Origin: a virus
Taxonomy: Duplodnaviria; Caudoviricetes
Reading direction: 5' to 3' (one strand)
Virus record (IMG/VR): IMGVR_UViG_3300043443_000068
Location: 1-43,079 of that record
Length of the DNA: 43,079 nt
In this document: positions 9,360-19,149 of the stretch, one piece after another
How the letters are laid out: each line of letters opens with the position of its first letter
Position numbering within the stretch: position 1 is the stretch's first letter
Notes under the pieces: generated by a model
Database searches by the model: none
What the model was told of the DNA's origin: nothing
The model's input: only the letters and a program-made list of their open reading frames with translations
Made by a program: the position numbers and the translations under genes

Positions 9360-11556
9360 TTGACGACCCCACAAAGGTACCTGTCCAACCCACAATCTTC
9401 ATATCTTTACCGGGCTGAGAGCTATACTTAAACTGCACAGCTTTACCACGCCCCCGTAACTTATTCTTGCTAATTACCAGTGGATAGCCGTCATCAAATA
9501 TAGTGGATGGTGCAGCAAAGAAGGGACGTGGTTGACGATAGACTTGCACCTCATCTGCCCACTTACCTGCGTTAGCATTGTCTGTAAAGTCCCAACGGCT
9601 TTGCATTAGACAACCACTTTCGTTATAAGGCACACCGTTAGCATCAAAAGATGTTTCAGTGCGCTTCATAAACACAGTTAGGTACATGCCAGTCTTGGTA
9701 CGTGCAGGACCATTACCACCCATGTTGTAGCCAGTAATAAAGTAGGCGTCCATTTCAGAACCACCAAGACTATACCTAAACCAATCTTTAAATTTAGTGG
9801 CACTATCTCGCTCGTTTAAAAAGTCAGCAAACGTTAGCGAATAATTATTAGAAGATACAGGATGTAATGCAACAATTTTAAACGTTTTACGAGTACCATT
9901 AAGTACAGCAATATTAGCAACTACATCATTAGTGCTTTGATTTACGTCATCATTACCTACATATACATCGTAAACTAAACTAGTTTCGTTAGTTTCTTTA
10001 GTTGCCTCAATAGATACAGGAATAACACCTACAGTAGTATCAATGCTAAACCAATACCAAGCATTTAATCGTAAATCTAATGCTAGTACACTGTTTTTAT
10101 TAAAACGTCCAAAACTAGTATTTTCTGTAGGAGTTGAAGAGTACAGCCAGTAAATAAGTTTGTCAGTAGCGTTATAACTGCCTTCTACGTATAATTTACT
10201 AAGTACAGGAATATCTTGATAGAACGACTTTATGTTCTGGTCGCTAATGTTACGGCTAGAAAACTCTGCACCAGAGTTGCCAGGAGCTACTGCATAAATA
10301 CCGCTGTTAGACCAATAAAGCAATGTATCCTCAACTACTACCACGCTTTTAGTAGATACACAGCCAACAGAAGATACCCGCTCAACTGAATAGCTAGCAG
10401 CAGTAAAGCCACGATCAATCCCACTGATGAACCAAACCCCGTTCGTGGCAATGACCATGATACCTCGTCCAAGCGGCTCAAGAGCGAGGATCTCACCGCT
10501 ATCAGGAATTTCAATAGTACCGCCATCATCATCTTCCAAATCACTAACAACTTCTGAGGTAGGATCGTTAGACTGGTAACAATCGCCTACCTTATTAATA
10601 TCGTCTAGCACTTGACTAAAGTAAACCGTACCTAGTTGCTCTGTAGTGGGCATACCTGCATACCATGTGCGCCCTGCAAAGAATGCACATACGCGAGGGC
10701 GATAGGTAATGGTTGTTACAATACCACTGCGATCTTGACTAAATGCGTTAATAATAAACCTGCCTTTAGGTGCAGGTGATGTACCAAAGTCTTGTTTGTT
10801 TAATACGCTAGCTGAGAAATCGTCGTTTGTGTCTTTACCAAAAATCCAGCTTTTGCTATTAGCAGGTAACGTACCTACAGCAGACTCATACGTATTAATC
10901 TGTGTATCAGTCCAGCCTTGGTTGTATAGGTTGTATTTAGCTTGTGTTAGTAAACCAGCAGATGTCCATTCTGCTGATGTCTTCTCTACGTTTACAGCAT
11001 ACGGGCTTTGAAAGCCTACAAAGTCACGAATCTTAATTGTAATTGTAGAAACACTAATTGTGTCTGTAGTACTGTTGTATGTAATTACAAGAGGCTCAGT
11101 GCTTTTACTAGTAACAATGAGTTTACCGTAGGTAGATGCAAAACTACAGATAGACGTTCCTGCAGTGTCGGGGTTACCCGGTGCAGTGTAAGACGCAAGG
11201 TTTACAGTGAATGCCTTCTTAGTATTACTTACGGTACCAGATGCAGCACTGTAGAAATGCAATGTGGTACCCGCTTGTACCACCATAAAGTCTAGGTTAG
11301 AGTTACCACCAACACTAGTCCATACACCACTAGTAAATGCCCAAGTATTCTTTTGTTCTGCTGTAATGCCTAAAGCAGCAAGGGCATAGTTAGTCTCATA
11401 GTCAAGACCGTTCCTACGCTCAATGCTGCCATCAATAGTTGGCACTACGTTTACGCCCTCTTTCCAAGAATTTTCAGGCGTAACAAAAAAGCCGCCTTCA
11501 GTGTTGAGGCCACCTACGAAAGTAAACGCATCCTTAACTGCGGCTTGTACTGCCAT
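9352..11556 (-). CDS. tail tubular protein B / nozzle
   Basis: 734 aa beta-rich; FVGGLNTE N-terminus; RGRGKAVQFKY C-terminus; gene order. Confidence 0.8.
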   Translation of the reverse strand: MAVQAAVKDAFTFVGGLNTEGGFFVTPENSWKEGVNVVPTIDGSIERRNGLDYETNYALAALGITAEQKNTWAFTSGVWTSVGGNSNLDFMVVQAGTTLHFYSAASGTVSNTKKAFTVNLASYTAPGNPDTAGTSICSFASTYGKLIVTSKSTEPLVITYNSTTDTISVSTITIKIRDFVGFQSPYAVNVEKTSAEWTSAGLLTQAKYNLYNQGWTDTQINTYESAVGTLPANSKSWIFGKDTNDDFSASVLNKQDFGTSPAPKGRFIINAFSQDRSGIVTTITYRPRVCAFFAGRTWYAGMPTTEQLGTVYFSQVLDDINKVGDCYQSNDPTSEVVSDLEDDDGGTIEIPDSGEILALEPLGRGIMVIATNGVWFISGIDRGFTAASYSVERVSSVGCVSTKSVVVVEDTLLYWSNSGIYAVAPGNSGAEFSSRNISDQNIKSFYQDIPVLSKLYVEGSYNATDKLIYWLYSSTPTENTSFGRFNKNSVLALDLRLNAWYWFSIDTTVGVIPVSIEATKETNETSLVYDVYVGNDDVNQSTNDVVANIAVLNGTRKTFKIVALHPVSSNNYSLTFADFLNERDSATKFKDWFRYSLGGSEMDAYFITGYNMGGNGPARTKTGMYLTVFMKRTETSFDANGVPYNESGCLMQSRWDFTDNANAGKWADEVQVYRQPRPFFAAPSTIFDDGYPLVISKNKLRGRGKAVQFKYSSQPGKDMKIVGWTGTFVGSSNV

Positions 11557-11557
11557 G

Positions 11558-11695
11558 TTACATTACACCTTTCCACTTGTGCTTATTAACGTCAGGCTTT
11601 TCTTCAGCAATACCTAGCTGACGTTTAGCTCTGTCGCCTGCTTCTGCAAGTTTTACCAAGCGTTGTTGACGCTGCATAGCGTCTTCTTTTAGCAT
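11558..11695 (-). CDS. small hypothetical protein (start uncertain)
   Basis: Fills the gap between neighbouring late genes. Confidence 0.4.
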   Translation of the reverse strand: MLKEDAMQRQQRLVKLAEAGDRAKRQLGIAEEKPDVNKHKWKGVM

Positions 11696-11705
11696 TGGTT
11701 TTTGT

Positions 11706-11969
11706 TTAGGCTGCGTTTTCAACTTCAATACCTTTTTGTTTAGCAATGGTAAGGATACGCTCCTTACGAGTAAACAAACCTTTAAGGTCATCAGGCACTT
11801 GACCACGCATAGAATAGCGGGCTTGATATAGACCTACAGGGGTCATTTCAATAACTAGCTTATTAACAATGCCAGATTCTTCACGCACTTCTTTACGCTC
11901 TTTAGCTGCTTGTTTCTTCTCAGCAGCTTTCTCCATTACTCTATCGTATGCAGATTTATTTACGTCCAT
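11706..11969 (-). CDS. hypothetical protein
   Basis: GGTGAG RBS-like sequence; overlaps the tail A stop. Confidence 0.6.
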   Translation of the reverse strand: MDVNKSAYDRVMEKAAEKKQAAKERKEVREESGIVNKLVIEMTPVGLYQARYSMRGQVPDDLKGLFTRKERILTIAKQKGIEVENAA

Positions 11970-12663
11970 AACTCACCTTAGTGTTGTACTTAGCTTCACC
12001 GTTTTCATTGCGCCAACTTTCGTTACGCATTGCCATACGGCCCCTAGTTGCTTTACGTTCTTCCCTTGCGTTACTTTGTTGTTTGAGGTTTACGAAGGCT
12101 TGGCTTTTAGCTTCTGCTAACAGCGTTGGAAAAAACTTCTCAGGAATGTTGGGTGTGAACGTGTCTAGATGCGTCCAAGTAGCTTCACGTGTGCCATAGA
12201 CAGCCGATTTTGATGCTTGTAGTGTGCTGTCAATAGACTGATTGTAACCATCAAAAATAATGTAAGTGTCATCATAGCTTGTCCAATACTGAGGGTCTTG
12301 GTTGATAACGTAGCCTGCGCTATTAATAACACCTGTCTGTGCTACGCGCTGTGAAATGATGGTGTGAAATGTTTCTGGGTCTGCGTAGGTAACTTCTTTT
12401 TTGTTGTATTTAATCCATTTAATTTTATTCCATGTATCAGGAATCTTCATTTTAGTTGGATTGTTTAAATCGCCTAAGCCATCTAAATTACCTAACACAT
12501 ATAAGAAAGGCCAGTCACGCTGGCTAAGAAGTTCAAAGTACGCTTCTTTAATGAGTTCAGCGACTTGAATAGATTCTACTGTTTCGTCAATAGAATCCAC
12601 CGGGTCGCTGTCAAGTGCAGAAAGAATGTTCTGCGTCATTTGTAGGAGTGTTTGCTTAGCCAT
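11956..12663 (-). CDS. tail tubular protein A / adaptor
   Basis: TLLQMTQNILSALDSDPVDSI N-terminus typical of gp11-like adaptors. Confidence 0.8.
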   Translation of the reverse strand: MAKQTLLQMTQNILSALDSDPVDSIDETVESIQVAELIKEAYFELLSQRDWPFLYVLGNLDGLGDLNNPTKMKIPDTWNKIKWIKYNKKEVTYADPETFHTIISQRVAQTGVINSAGYVINQDPQYWTSYDDTYIIFDGYNQSIDSTLQASKSAVYGTREATWTHLDTFTPNIPEKFFPTLLAEAKSQAFVNLKQQSNAREERKATRGRMAMRNESWRNENGEAKYNTKVSYGRK

Positions 12664-12665
12664 AA

Positions 12666-13247
12666 TTAAGTGGGATCAACTAGAAGAATGCTGAAGCCAG
12701 CTTCTTTAGGCGTAATGTTTGTACCTGAAGAAGTACCATCACCGCCAACGTGGATAGAAACAATGTCATTGGCAGCTAGCGTAGTGTACCCAACTGCACT
12801 AACGTTTAAAGTATCTACGTTATTAGTAGTTTTCTTTACGTATACTTTACGAGCAGCAGGGGTGCCGTTTACGGCGTAATGAAAGTTGTAAGCTGCACCA
12901 CTTGAAATGGCTGCAGTCTCAAATACAATCCAAAAATCTAGCTGGTAAACACCAGCTTGTAGTACAGTAATTTGACCGTTGGCAGCATCCATAGTCACTG
13001 CCTGATTACCGTTAGCAGTCCAAGCACCTGTTGGATTTAGTTTTGCTTTAGCACTGGAAGCTGCAAGAGTTTGTGCTGTAGAGCTAGCCGTAATGTACAT
13101 GTCACCGTAAGCATGTCCCGCAGGATATTGCCAAACACCACTACCTGAGCCGTTGGCAATGTATACTTTTCCAGAAGCAGCAGTGGAAACTCCTTTTGGT
13201 TCATGAAGATTCGGATCAGTGAGTGCACTATGTTGTACGGTTGCCAT
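12666..13247 (-). CDS. virion structural protein, possibly a head fibre with a C1q/BclA-like C-terminal domain
   Basis: HEPKG N-terminus; GQITVLQAGVYQLDF and TTLAANDIVSIHV strands. Confidence 0.55.
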   Translation of the reverse strand: MATVQHSALTDPNLHEPKGVSTAASGKVYIANGSGSGVWQYPAGHAYGDMYITASSTAQTLAASSAKAKLNPTGAWTANGNQAVTMDAANGQITVLQAGVYQLDFWIVFETAAISSGAAYNFHYAVNGTPAARKVYVKKTTNNVDTLNVSAVGYTTLAANDIVSIHVGGDGTSSGTNITPKEAGFSILLVDPT

Positions 13248-13257
13248 CTATTACTCC

Positions 13258-13296
13258 AAAAGGAAACGGAGAAGCCCCCGTAGGAGCCTCCCCGTT
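13258..13296 (-). terminator. intrinsic terminator after the capsid/decoration genes
   Basis: Minus strand AACGGGGAGGCTCC-TACG-GGGGCTTCTCCGTT followed by TCCTTTT; UNCG tetraloop. Confidence 0.8.
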
Positions 13297-13304
13297 ATGC
13301 TACA

Positions 13305-13763
13305 TTAAAGGTAGCGAACTACGATGGTAGCGGTACCGGCAGTGAAAGTGCCAGTGAAAGCTACGTCTAGGGTGTCGGCAGCGGCGTAAACCTTGCCTAG
13401 ACCACGGTTGGTAGCAGCATCACCGATAGCGTAAGCACCAGCAGCGCGAACAGTGGCACCAGCAGTTAGGTTAGCAACAGCGCCTTGAGTAGCTGAAATC
13501 CAGCCATCAGGATCAGTGCCGTCACCTAGTTGCACGTCAGTACCACCGGCCCAAGCGGTACCAACCTTCATTACCACGTCTAGCACAACAGCGCCAGCGG
13601 GGATATCGATGGTAGCACCAGAGCTTTGATAGGTGATGGCTAGATGGGCTTCTTTAACAGCACCATCGTGATCATACACACCAGCAACGTTACGCTCGGG
13701 GATGTTAGCGCCAAAGCCTACAACTAGGCCGTCAGCGTTAGTCCATGAAGAAGCACGGGTCAT
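13305..13763 (-). CDS. capsid decoration / minor capsid protein
   Basis: Follows the major capsid gene; WTNADGLVVGFG and IPAGAVV motifs; high-expression codon pattern. Confidence 0.65.
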   Translation of the reverse strand: MTRASSWTNADGLVVGFGANIPERNVAGVYDHDGAVKEAHLAITYQSSGATIDIPAGAVVLDVVMKVGTAWAGGTDVQLGDGTDPDGWISATQGAVANLTAGATVRAAGAYAIGDAATNRGLGKVYAAADTLDVAFTGTFTAGTATIVVRYL

Positions 13764-13780
13764 TTTCTATTTCCTTTCAA

Positions 13781-14746
13781 TTAGATGGTGTTCTTGGTGA
13801 TAACAGACACCAGACACTCAGGACGATATAGCTTTAGACCGAAGCGGGCGTTCATCACGTACTCATCACGACGTAGGTCTTTGTTGCGCTCGTACTCTAC
13901 GCGGGGTAGCTGACGATAGGCACCAACGAAGGGGGTTAGGTCGCCACCAACAGACATGAATAGGTTCACGGTGGGGGTAGCAGGAACGGTAACACCGCCT
14001 AGGCTAGAACCAGCAGCTTCGGAAGCAGCAGGTAGGAAGTTGGAAACATAAACGTCGAAACCGAAGATGTTGCGGATGAAACGCATGCCGGTTACTTCGT
14101 TAACAAAGCCACCCTGAACAATACCCTCGAAAGCTGGGTTGTTGGTGAAAGCTTGTGCGCCAACTAGGGTGTTGAATACATATTCCTGTGAAGGATCAAT
14201 GATTGCAACACGGGTACCACCAGCTTGAGCCTTGTCTAGGGCATACTTAGCCTTAGCAAAGTCAGATAGTGCTAGGACGGTAGAAGAGCTACCAGAAGCA
14301 ACGAAACGATGGTCAGCACCGTTGATGGAGTTAGCGTTACCAGAGGTTTGCTGGTTGGCTAGAGAGAAAACAGAAGATTCTAGGTTCTCGTCTAGAGCAC
14401 GACGCATCTTGGTGGGAAACATGCCGATTAGCTGTTGAGCGTAGTAGCTGTCCTGCTTAGCCTTATCGGTAATGTAGGTAGCTGATTCGACATAACGGTC
14501 GATGGTGAAGTTGAATTCACCAGTGTCCATTGAGTCGTACACAACAGGGGTTAGTTCGGCAGTCTCGCGCATTGGTAGTTCACCAACGGAAGGGATGGTA
14601 AACTGGTTGCCATCGGGGAAGCCGTTGAGCATACGCACGTAGCGAGTGCCCATGAGTTGTTCTTGAAGAACATCTTTTAGTTCAGCAGACCATAGTTCAG
14701 CACGAACTAGGTTTGCATCAACTTTTGCAAAATCTACACCAGCCAT
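13781..14746 (-). CDS. major capsid protein
   Basis: 321 aa after the scaffold; ELWSAEL, IPSVG and FGFDVYVSN motifs of P22/T7-type coats; AAGGAG RBS. Confidence 0.9.
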   Translation of the reverse strand: MAGVDFAKVDANLVRAELWSAELKDVLQEQLMGTRYVRMLNGFPDGNQFTIPSVGELPMRETAELTPVVYDSMDTGEFNFTIDRYVESATYITDKAKQDSYYAQQLIGMFPTKMRRALDENLESSVFSLANQQTSGNANSINGADHRFVASGSSSTVLALSDFAKAKYALDKAQAGGTRVAIIDPSQEYVFNTLVGAQAFTNNPAFEGIVQGGFVNEVTGMRFIRNIFGFDVYVSNFLPAASEAAGSSLGGVTVPATPTVNLFMSVGGDLTPFVGAYRQLPRVEYERNKDLRRDEYVMNARFGLKLYRPECLVSVITKNTI

Positions 14747-14756
14747 TTAATTCTCC

Positions 14757-15491
14757 TTATTGCCCAAAATATAGGGCGGGGTTTTGAGAAACAGTTTGTT
14801 GTAGCTTATATTGGAAATCTTGTGACCAGTAGGTTTTAGGATCTTCTTTACGAACCTTTGTTGCCCACTCTTTAGTGCCAACAATTTTACTACGATCACC
14901 ACCACTAGAAGCTACAGAAGTAGTATTCATTGAGCCTGTATCCATGTTATTAGCAGGTGCAGTAGGTGCGCCTCCAAACAGGTTTACAAATTCAATTGGA
15001 TCAGTTGCAGCTAGTTCCATTAGAATCTTTGCTTTTTCAGGGTTTGCAGCACGTTGTTTAAACATTTCTGCAGCCTTTTCACCAAACTTCTCTTTCATAA
15101 GAGCATCGGCTTTTAGCAGGTTATCCGTCTTAGACTTAGCAGCCTCACGACCCTCTAACGTCTTCTCTACAAGCTGTTGCACAACGTCAGGTGTAATACC
15201 TGCGACAGGAGGGTTGTCGTCCTCTGGTGCGACATTTTGTTTTGACATACGTTCCAAAACCTCATCAATAGTCTTGGCAGAAGCAGCCTGCTCACGTAGT
15301 TTGCGATTCTCTTCTTTGAGAGTTTCAATAAACTGATCAGCGTTGGTATATGCTTTTGCTAGCTCTTCGGGGGTTTTGTATTTTTGACCTTCACCGACAA
15401 GTGCGGTAAATAGTCCTGCATCAGTTGTCGCTGGTGCGGTGTTGGTGCCTTGGTTGTCGCCATTATCACCAAAGATTGTTGCATTGGTCAT
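14757..15491 (-). CDS. capsid scaffolding protein
   Basis: KYKTPEELAKAY motif, coiled coil; between portal and capsid. Confidence 0.8.
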   Translation of the reverse strand: MTNATIFGDNGDNQGTNTAPATTDAGLFTALVGEGQKYKTPEELAKAYTNADQFIETLKEENRKLREQAASAKTIDEVLERMSKQNVAPEDDNPPVAGITPDVVQQLVEKTLEGREAAKSKTDNLLKADALMKEKFGEKAAEMFKQRAANPEKAKILMELAATDPIEFVNLFGGAPTAPANNMDTGSMNTTSVASSGGDRSKIVGTKEWATKVRKEDPKTYWSQDFQYKLQQTVSQNPALYFGQ

Positions 15492-15518
15492 GCGTTTTAA
15501 CTCCTAAAAATTGACAGC

Positions 15519-15551
15519 CTTAGAGTAGGCTTTTTTAAAAACGTCACTTTT
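15519..15551 (-). promoter_or_regulatory. candidate late promoter, copy 1 (AAAAGTGACGTTT-N12-ACTCTAAG)
   Basis: Identical boxes and spacing recur at 26366-26398; lies upstream of scaffold/capsid. Confidence 0.65.
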
Positions 15552-15795
15552 TTGCTGTGTCGGGCAGTAGTGACATGACAAACTCGTAGGCTTTAATCTG
15601 TCCTAAATTGTACGCAAGTTTAGCATAATGGTTAGGACAGTCAAAATCATCCTTTTTAATACTAGTAATTTCTTCTTTTAATGTATTTAAAGTATTATAT
15701 AATGCTTCTAATACATAACTACTGTTATTCCAAGCTTTAGTAAACTCTTCATTAGTACTATCTTTAGGTTTATTATTTAGTAGTAATTTATTCAT
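15544..15795 (-). CDS. hypothetical protein between portal and scaffold
   Basis: 83 aa ORF in a typical position; AT-rich. Confidence 0.65.
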   Translation of the reverse strand: MNKLLLNNKPKDSTNEEFTKAWNNSSYVLEALYNTLNTLKEEITSIKKDDFDCPNHYAKLAYNLGQIKAYEFVMSLLPDTAKK

Positions 15796-15822
15796 ATATT
15801 ATATTAGTAATAATATACTAGT

Positions 15823-17616
15823 TTACATCATTTGTTGTTCCATGTCAATACCCTCTGGAGGCATTTCCTCCATGGGTATCTCTCCTTCAGGATTGACAGT
15901 GGCTTCAGTCTGGATGTCTTCAGACACTTGGTTCATTAAACGCTGGGTTTCAGCTTGTTCAAAGATCATTGCATTATCCTGCACAATCTTGTAGTTCTGC
16001 CAGCCTAGGTTCTCTTCAAGGGCCTTAGCAATTGCCTTACCGCTAATGTGCGCTGCTACGGTAGGAATGGCTTGTACAGCAACCATAGTCTGGTTTAGTT
16101 CCTGAATAAACCGTGCTTGCTCCCCAAAGTGACGTGCACCAATAGGATAGATCTTGCCAGCAGCCATCAGATCGTCTTTGGTGACTTCGACGAAGGATTC
16201 GGTGCCATAGTCCTCATCTACAGTGCGAATGCGCTCTACGCCTTCAAAATTGCGGATAGATTCGGCTAGCATACCATTAAGTAGAGGTTCTAGAATGTTA
16301 CGCTCAAACCAGCTTACTTTGCTTTGGAAAATACGACCAGCAGCATTCTCAAGGCTTTGTACTTCGTACTTGGTCTTTTCACCGGGAGTACGGATGCCCA
16401 TAGCTTGCTTAGGTGCACCAGCTAGTTCTTCCATCCGGTTCATAAGTTCATTAATTTGCAGATCTGCTTGTAAAGCAGTGGCATCTGGGCGTAAAAACTC
16501 TAAACCACCCTCATCTCCCACAAACACGGTTGCACCGGGTTCGTACTCAAACTCCTCAACAGTAGAGCCTTTAACCACCATCACTGGATAGGCAATCAGG
16601 TCAAACACGTCTGCCTTCAGGTTTTCTAGGTGGTCAATGCGATATTGCATACCTACTAGCTGATCAAGAGGACCTTGTGCCCATAGGTTGTCTGTACGTA
16701 GACGCCAGCCACAATGGAACATAGGTTTGCTGCCTGTCCACATTGGGTTGGGTTGTTTACGCAGAATCCATTTCCGGTCAATGACGGTGACTAGTTGATT
16801 ACGTAGCAGTTGCTTTGTATCGGGATCATAGATGTCGCCCCAGAACTCTAGTAGTTCCACCATATCGCTATCTAGGTACTCATCAGCACTACCAAAGCCG
16901 TCGATAGCCATGTTAAGTTCTTTCTTGAACTCAGGATCATCGCGGTAGTTTTGACGGAATGCCATTGCTTTGTTAAGCACTGCCTTGTTGTAGTTTAGTG
17001 CAGGTTTTGTTTCTACGTCAGTCATCAGATCACCAATGCTCTTAAGCATACGGCGAACCACAGGAGTCTTGTCAAAAGTCTCTGCCAGTGGGTTAAATAC
17101 AAGGTCAGTGGGGTTGATACGGTAGGCTTTGGGGCCAACATACCGGCTTACTACATTACCAGTATTGTCACTAATTACGTCGCGTACATAGTCATAGGTA
17201 ACAACTACGTTACCAAAGTCAATGTAGTCGTATACCAATTGTGACACAAGAAGCTGAAAATTAGATGCTTTTAGCTTCTGTTTTAGGTAGTTGGTAATTG
17301 CATACCGCTTTTTAGTAAGTTCTGGGCTTTTGTCTGTAGCTTCCCAGAAAAACCAATTCTCAGATGGGAACAGTGCTGCCATGTAGTTTGCATGCAGGTT
17401 GTCCCGAATCTGAGTAAGTTTAGGCGTAACAGTGGAGTTTTTCCATGGTAGTTTGCTGTTACTAGTTTTACGTGTGTCTGTAGCAAATAGATAGTTACGC
17501 AGTTCTTGCTGGTCACTTTTCCATACGTTACGAGCATTATCCCAGCGTACCCACATGTCTGCAATTTTATTGGCTAGACTATCGTCTTCAAAAGACACTT
17601 GAATGTTTTCGTTCAT
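15823..17616 (-). CDS. portal protein
   Basis: 597 aa after the terminase; acidic C-terminal tail; GIRTPGEKTKYEVQSL. Confidence 0.9.
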   Translation of the reverse strand: MNENIQVSFEDDSLANKIADMWVRWDNARNVWKSDQQELRNYLFATDTRKTSNSKLPWKNSTVTPKLTQIRDNLHANYMAALFPSENWFFWEATDKSPELTKKRYAITNYLKQKLKASNFQLLVSQLVYDYIDFGNVVVTYDYVRDVISDNTGNVVSRYVGPKAYRINPTDLVFNPLAETFDKTPVVRRMLKSIGDLMTDVETKPALNYNKAVLNKAMAFRQNYRDDPEFKKELNMAIDGFGSADEYLDSDMVELLEFWGDIYDPDTKQLLRNQLVTVIDRKWILRKQPNPMWTGSKPMFHCGWRLRTDNLWAQGPLDQLVGMQYRIDHLENLKADVFDLIAYPVMVVKGSTVEEFEYEPGATVFVGDEGGLEFLRPDATALQADLQINELMNRMEELAGAPKQAMGIRTPGEKTKYEVQSLENAAGRIFQSKVSWFERNILEPLLNGMLAESIRNFEGVERIRTVDEDYGTESFVEVTKDDLMAAGKIYPIGARHFGEQARFIQELNQTMVAVQAIPTVAAHISGKAIAKALEENLGWQNYKIVQDNAMIFEQAETQRLMNQVSEDIQTEATVNPEGEIPMEEMPPEGIDMEQQMM

Positions 17617-17625
17617 ATTTCCCTC

Positions 17626-19149
17626 TTAGTAGGCTACGCCACCAAATTTAGAATTAAAAGCAACTACGTTTGTTTTCTTACCCCATGTACGGCTAGATAA
17701 TGGGGACTTACAAATCTCAACACATGAAGCCACAGCATCTTTTACGTCGTCATGCTCTGGGTTGTTCATAATTAGTTCTTCTTCTAGAATCTGGCAGTTA
17801 CCACCTTTATAGTGCCAAATCTGGTTATTGTTGTAACGTGGTTCTAGAATGGCTGCAATGCGCTCTGTCTTGCTCATATTACGTGGAGGATTATATTCTT
17901 CCACTGTAAATACAATGTTTTGACTGCGCATATAGTCTTTAAACTGTGTAACGATTAACCGCTGTGCTGCAACTACTTCACAACGTAGTTTCTTAAATCG
18001 CCACTTTCTAAACACTGTTTCTGCTCGGTCATACATAACAGAAATTTTATTTGTTTTAAAGCGGTCAATATCTAGTATGTAGTAATTATTATCTTCGTCT
18101 ACGCCTACTACGGCAATAACGGTATAATCGGAACTATGGTTGACTGTGTACGCAAAATCCATTGCTGCATACACATGCAAAAGTTTATCACCAAAATACC
18201 AAGCACCGCTAAAGTTTTCAATTTTATCTCGCTCATAATAGTTAAACCTGCTACGGTCAATAAGCTGTGTTTCTACAGCATTAGGGTTATTGTAATATTG
18301 AGCGTAAAATTGAGTAATGTCTAGATATTTAGCTTTTTTACGGGCTAGTTCTTTTGCGTCAAATCCAAATGTTTTACCATCTGTACGACGCTGTTTAGGC
18401 CAAAGGAACTCGCCATTAGTTTCTACGGTACGCTCAAACACCTCATAGACTTCCAACTCTACTTCGTCATCCGTAACGTCGTCAAAGTAAGTCTCAGTCA
18501 TTTCCATCATATCTTTGTACAAATCGCCGGGATGGTAGCGTGTACCTACTGCCCATTCTTTTGCACCGGTAGATTCAATGGAAGAAAGCTGTGAGTAAAA
18601 TGCTCGCACCTGCTCACGCCCTAGTTGCGTGTAAGCGTTGTCAGGCACCACTACGTCGTCTAGTACAGCAACAGAGCAATGTAGGCCCGTTACGTTAGCC
18701 GTAATACCTGCAGCCTTTACAGTGGCATCACGAATGCCCTCTGCTTTGCGTTTAGGGTGATCCACACTAATCTCATCCACAGCCCAACGTTCACGTTTAC
18801 CTTCTAGTTCGTTGACCATCTCAGGCCAATAGAAACGGTAGATGTCAGACAGTAGAATGTCTTTAACTGCTTTTAGCTGTTTTTCAGCTAGGTTGGCAGT
18901 TGCGGACACATACAGTACGGTAGCTTCTGGATGTTTAGTAATGTGGTGTGCTACACGGTAGGCAATCATTGCCGACTTCTGGTGATCCCGTGGCAGCAAT
19001 ACAAGCTGGTTGTCTTTGGCATCTTCACGCTGCCACCATGCGCACAGTTCTTCGTGCACTGCACCAAGCACACGATGTGGAGCAACAAGTTTAATAAAAG
19101 TAAGCAGGTCAGCTTCCGCCGCCTGCTTTACCATTTCTTTTTCAGTCAT
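17626..19149 (-). CDS. terL: terminase large subunit
   Basis: Walker A variant PRDHQKS, Walker B AVLDD, GTRYH motif, nuclease DFA...SDY and HDDVKDA; TAATG-coupled start. Confidence 0.92.
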   Translation of the reverse strand: MTEKEMVKQAAEADLLTFIKLVAPHRVLGAVHEELCAWWQREDAKDNQLVLLPRDHQKSAMIAYRVAHHITKHPEATVLYVSATANLAEKQLKAVKDILLSDIYRFYWPEMVNELEGKRERWAVDEISVDHPKRKAEGIRDATVKAAGITANVTGLHCSVAVLDDVVVPDNAYTQLGREQVRAFYSQLSSIESTGAKEWAVGTRYHPGDLYKDMMEMTETYFDDVTDDEVELEVYEVFERTVETNGEFLWPKQRRTDGKTFGFDAKELARKKAKYLDITQFYAQYYNNPNAVETQLIDRSRFNYYERDKIENFSGAWYFGDKLLHVYAAMDFAYTVNHSSDYTVIAVVGVDEDNNYYILDIDRFKTNKISVMYDRAETVFRKWRFKKLRCEVVAAQRLIVTQFKDYMRSQNIVFTVEEYNPPRNMSKTERIAAILEPRYNNNQIWHYKGGNCQILEEELIMNNPEHDDVKDAVASCVEICKSPLSSRTWGKKTNVVAFNSKFGGVAY

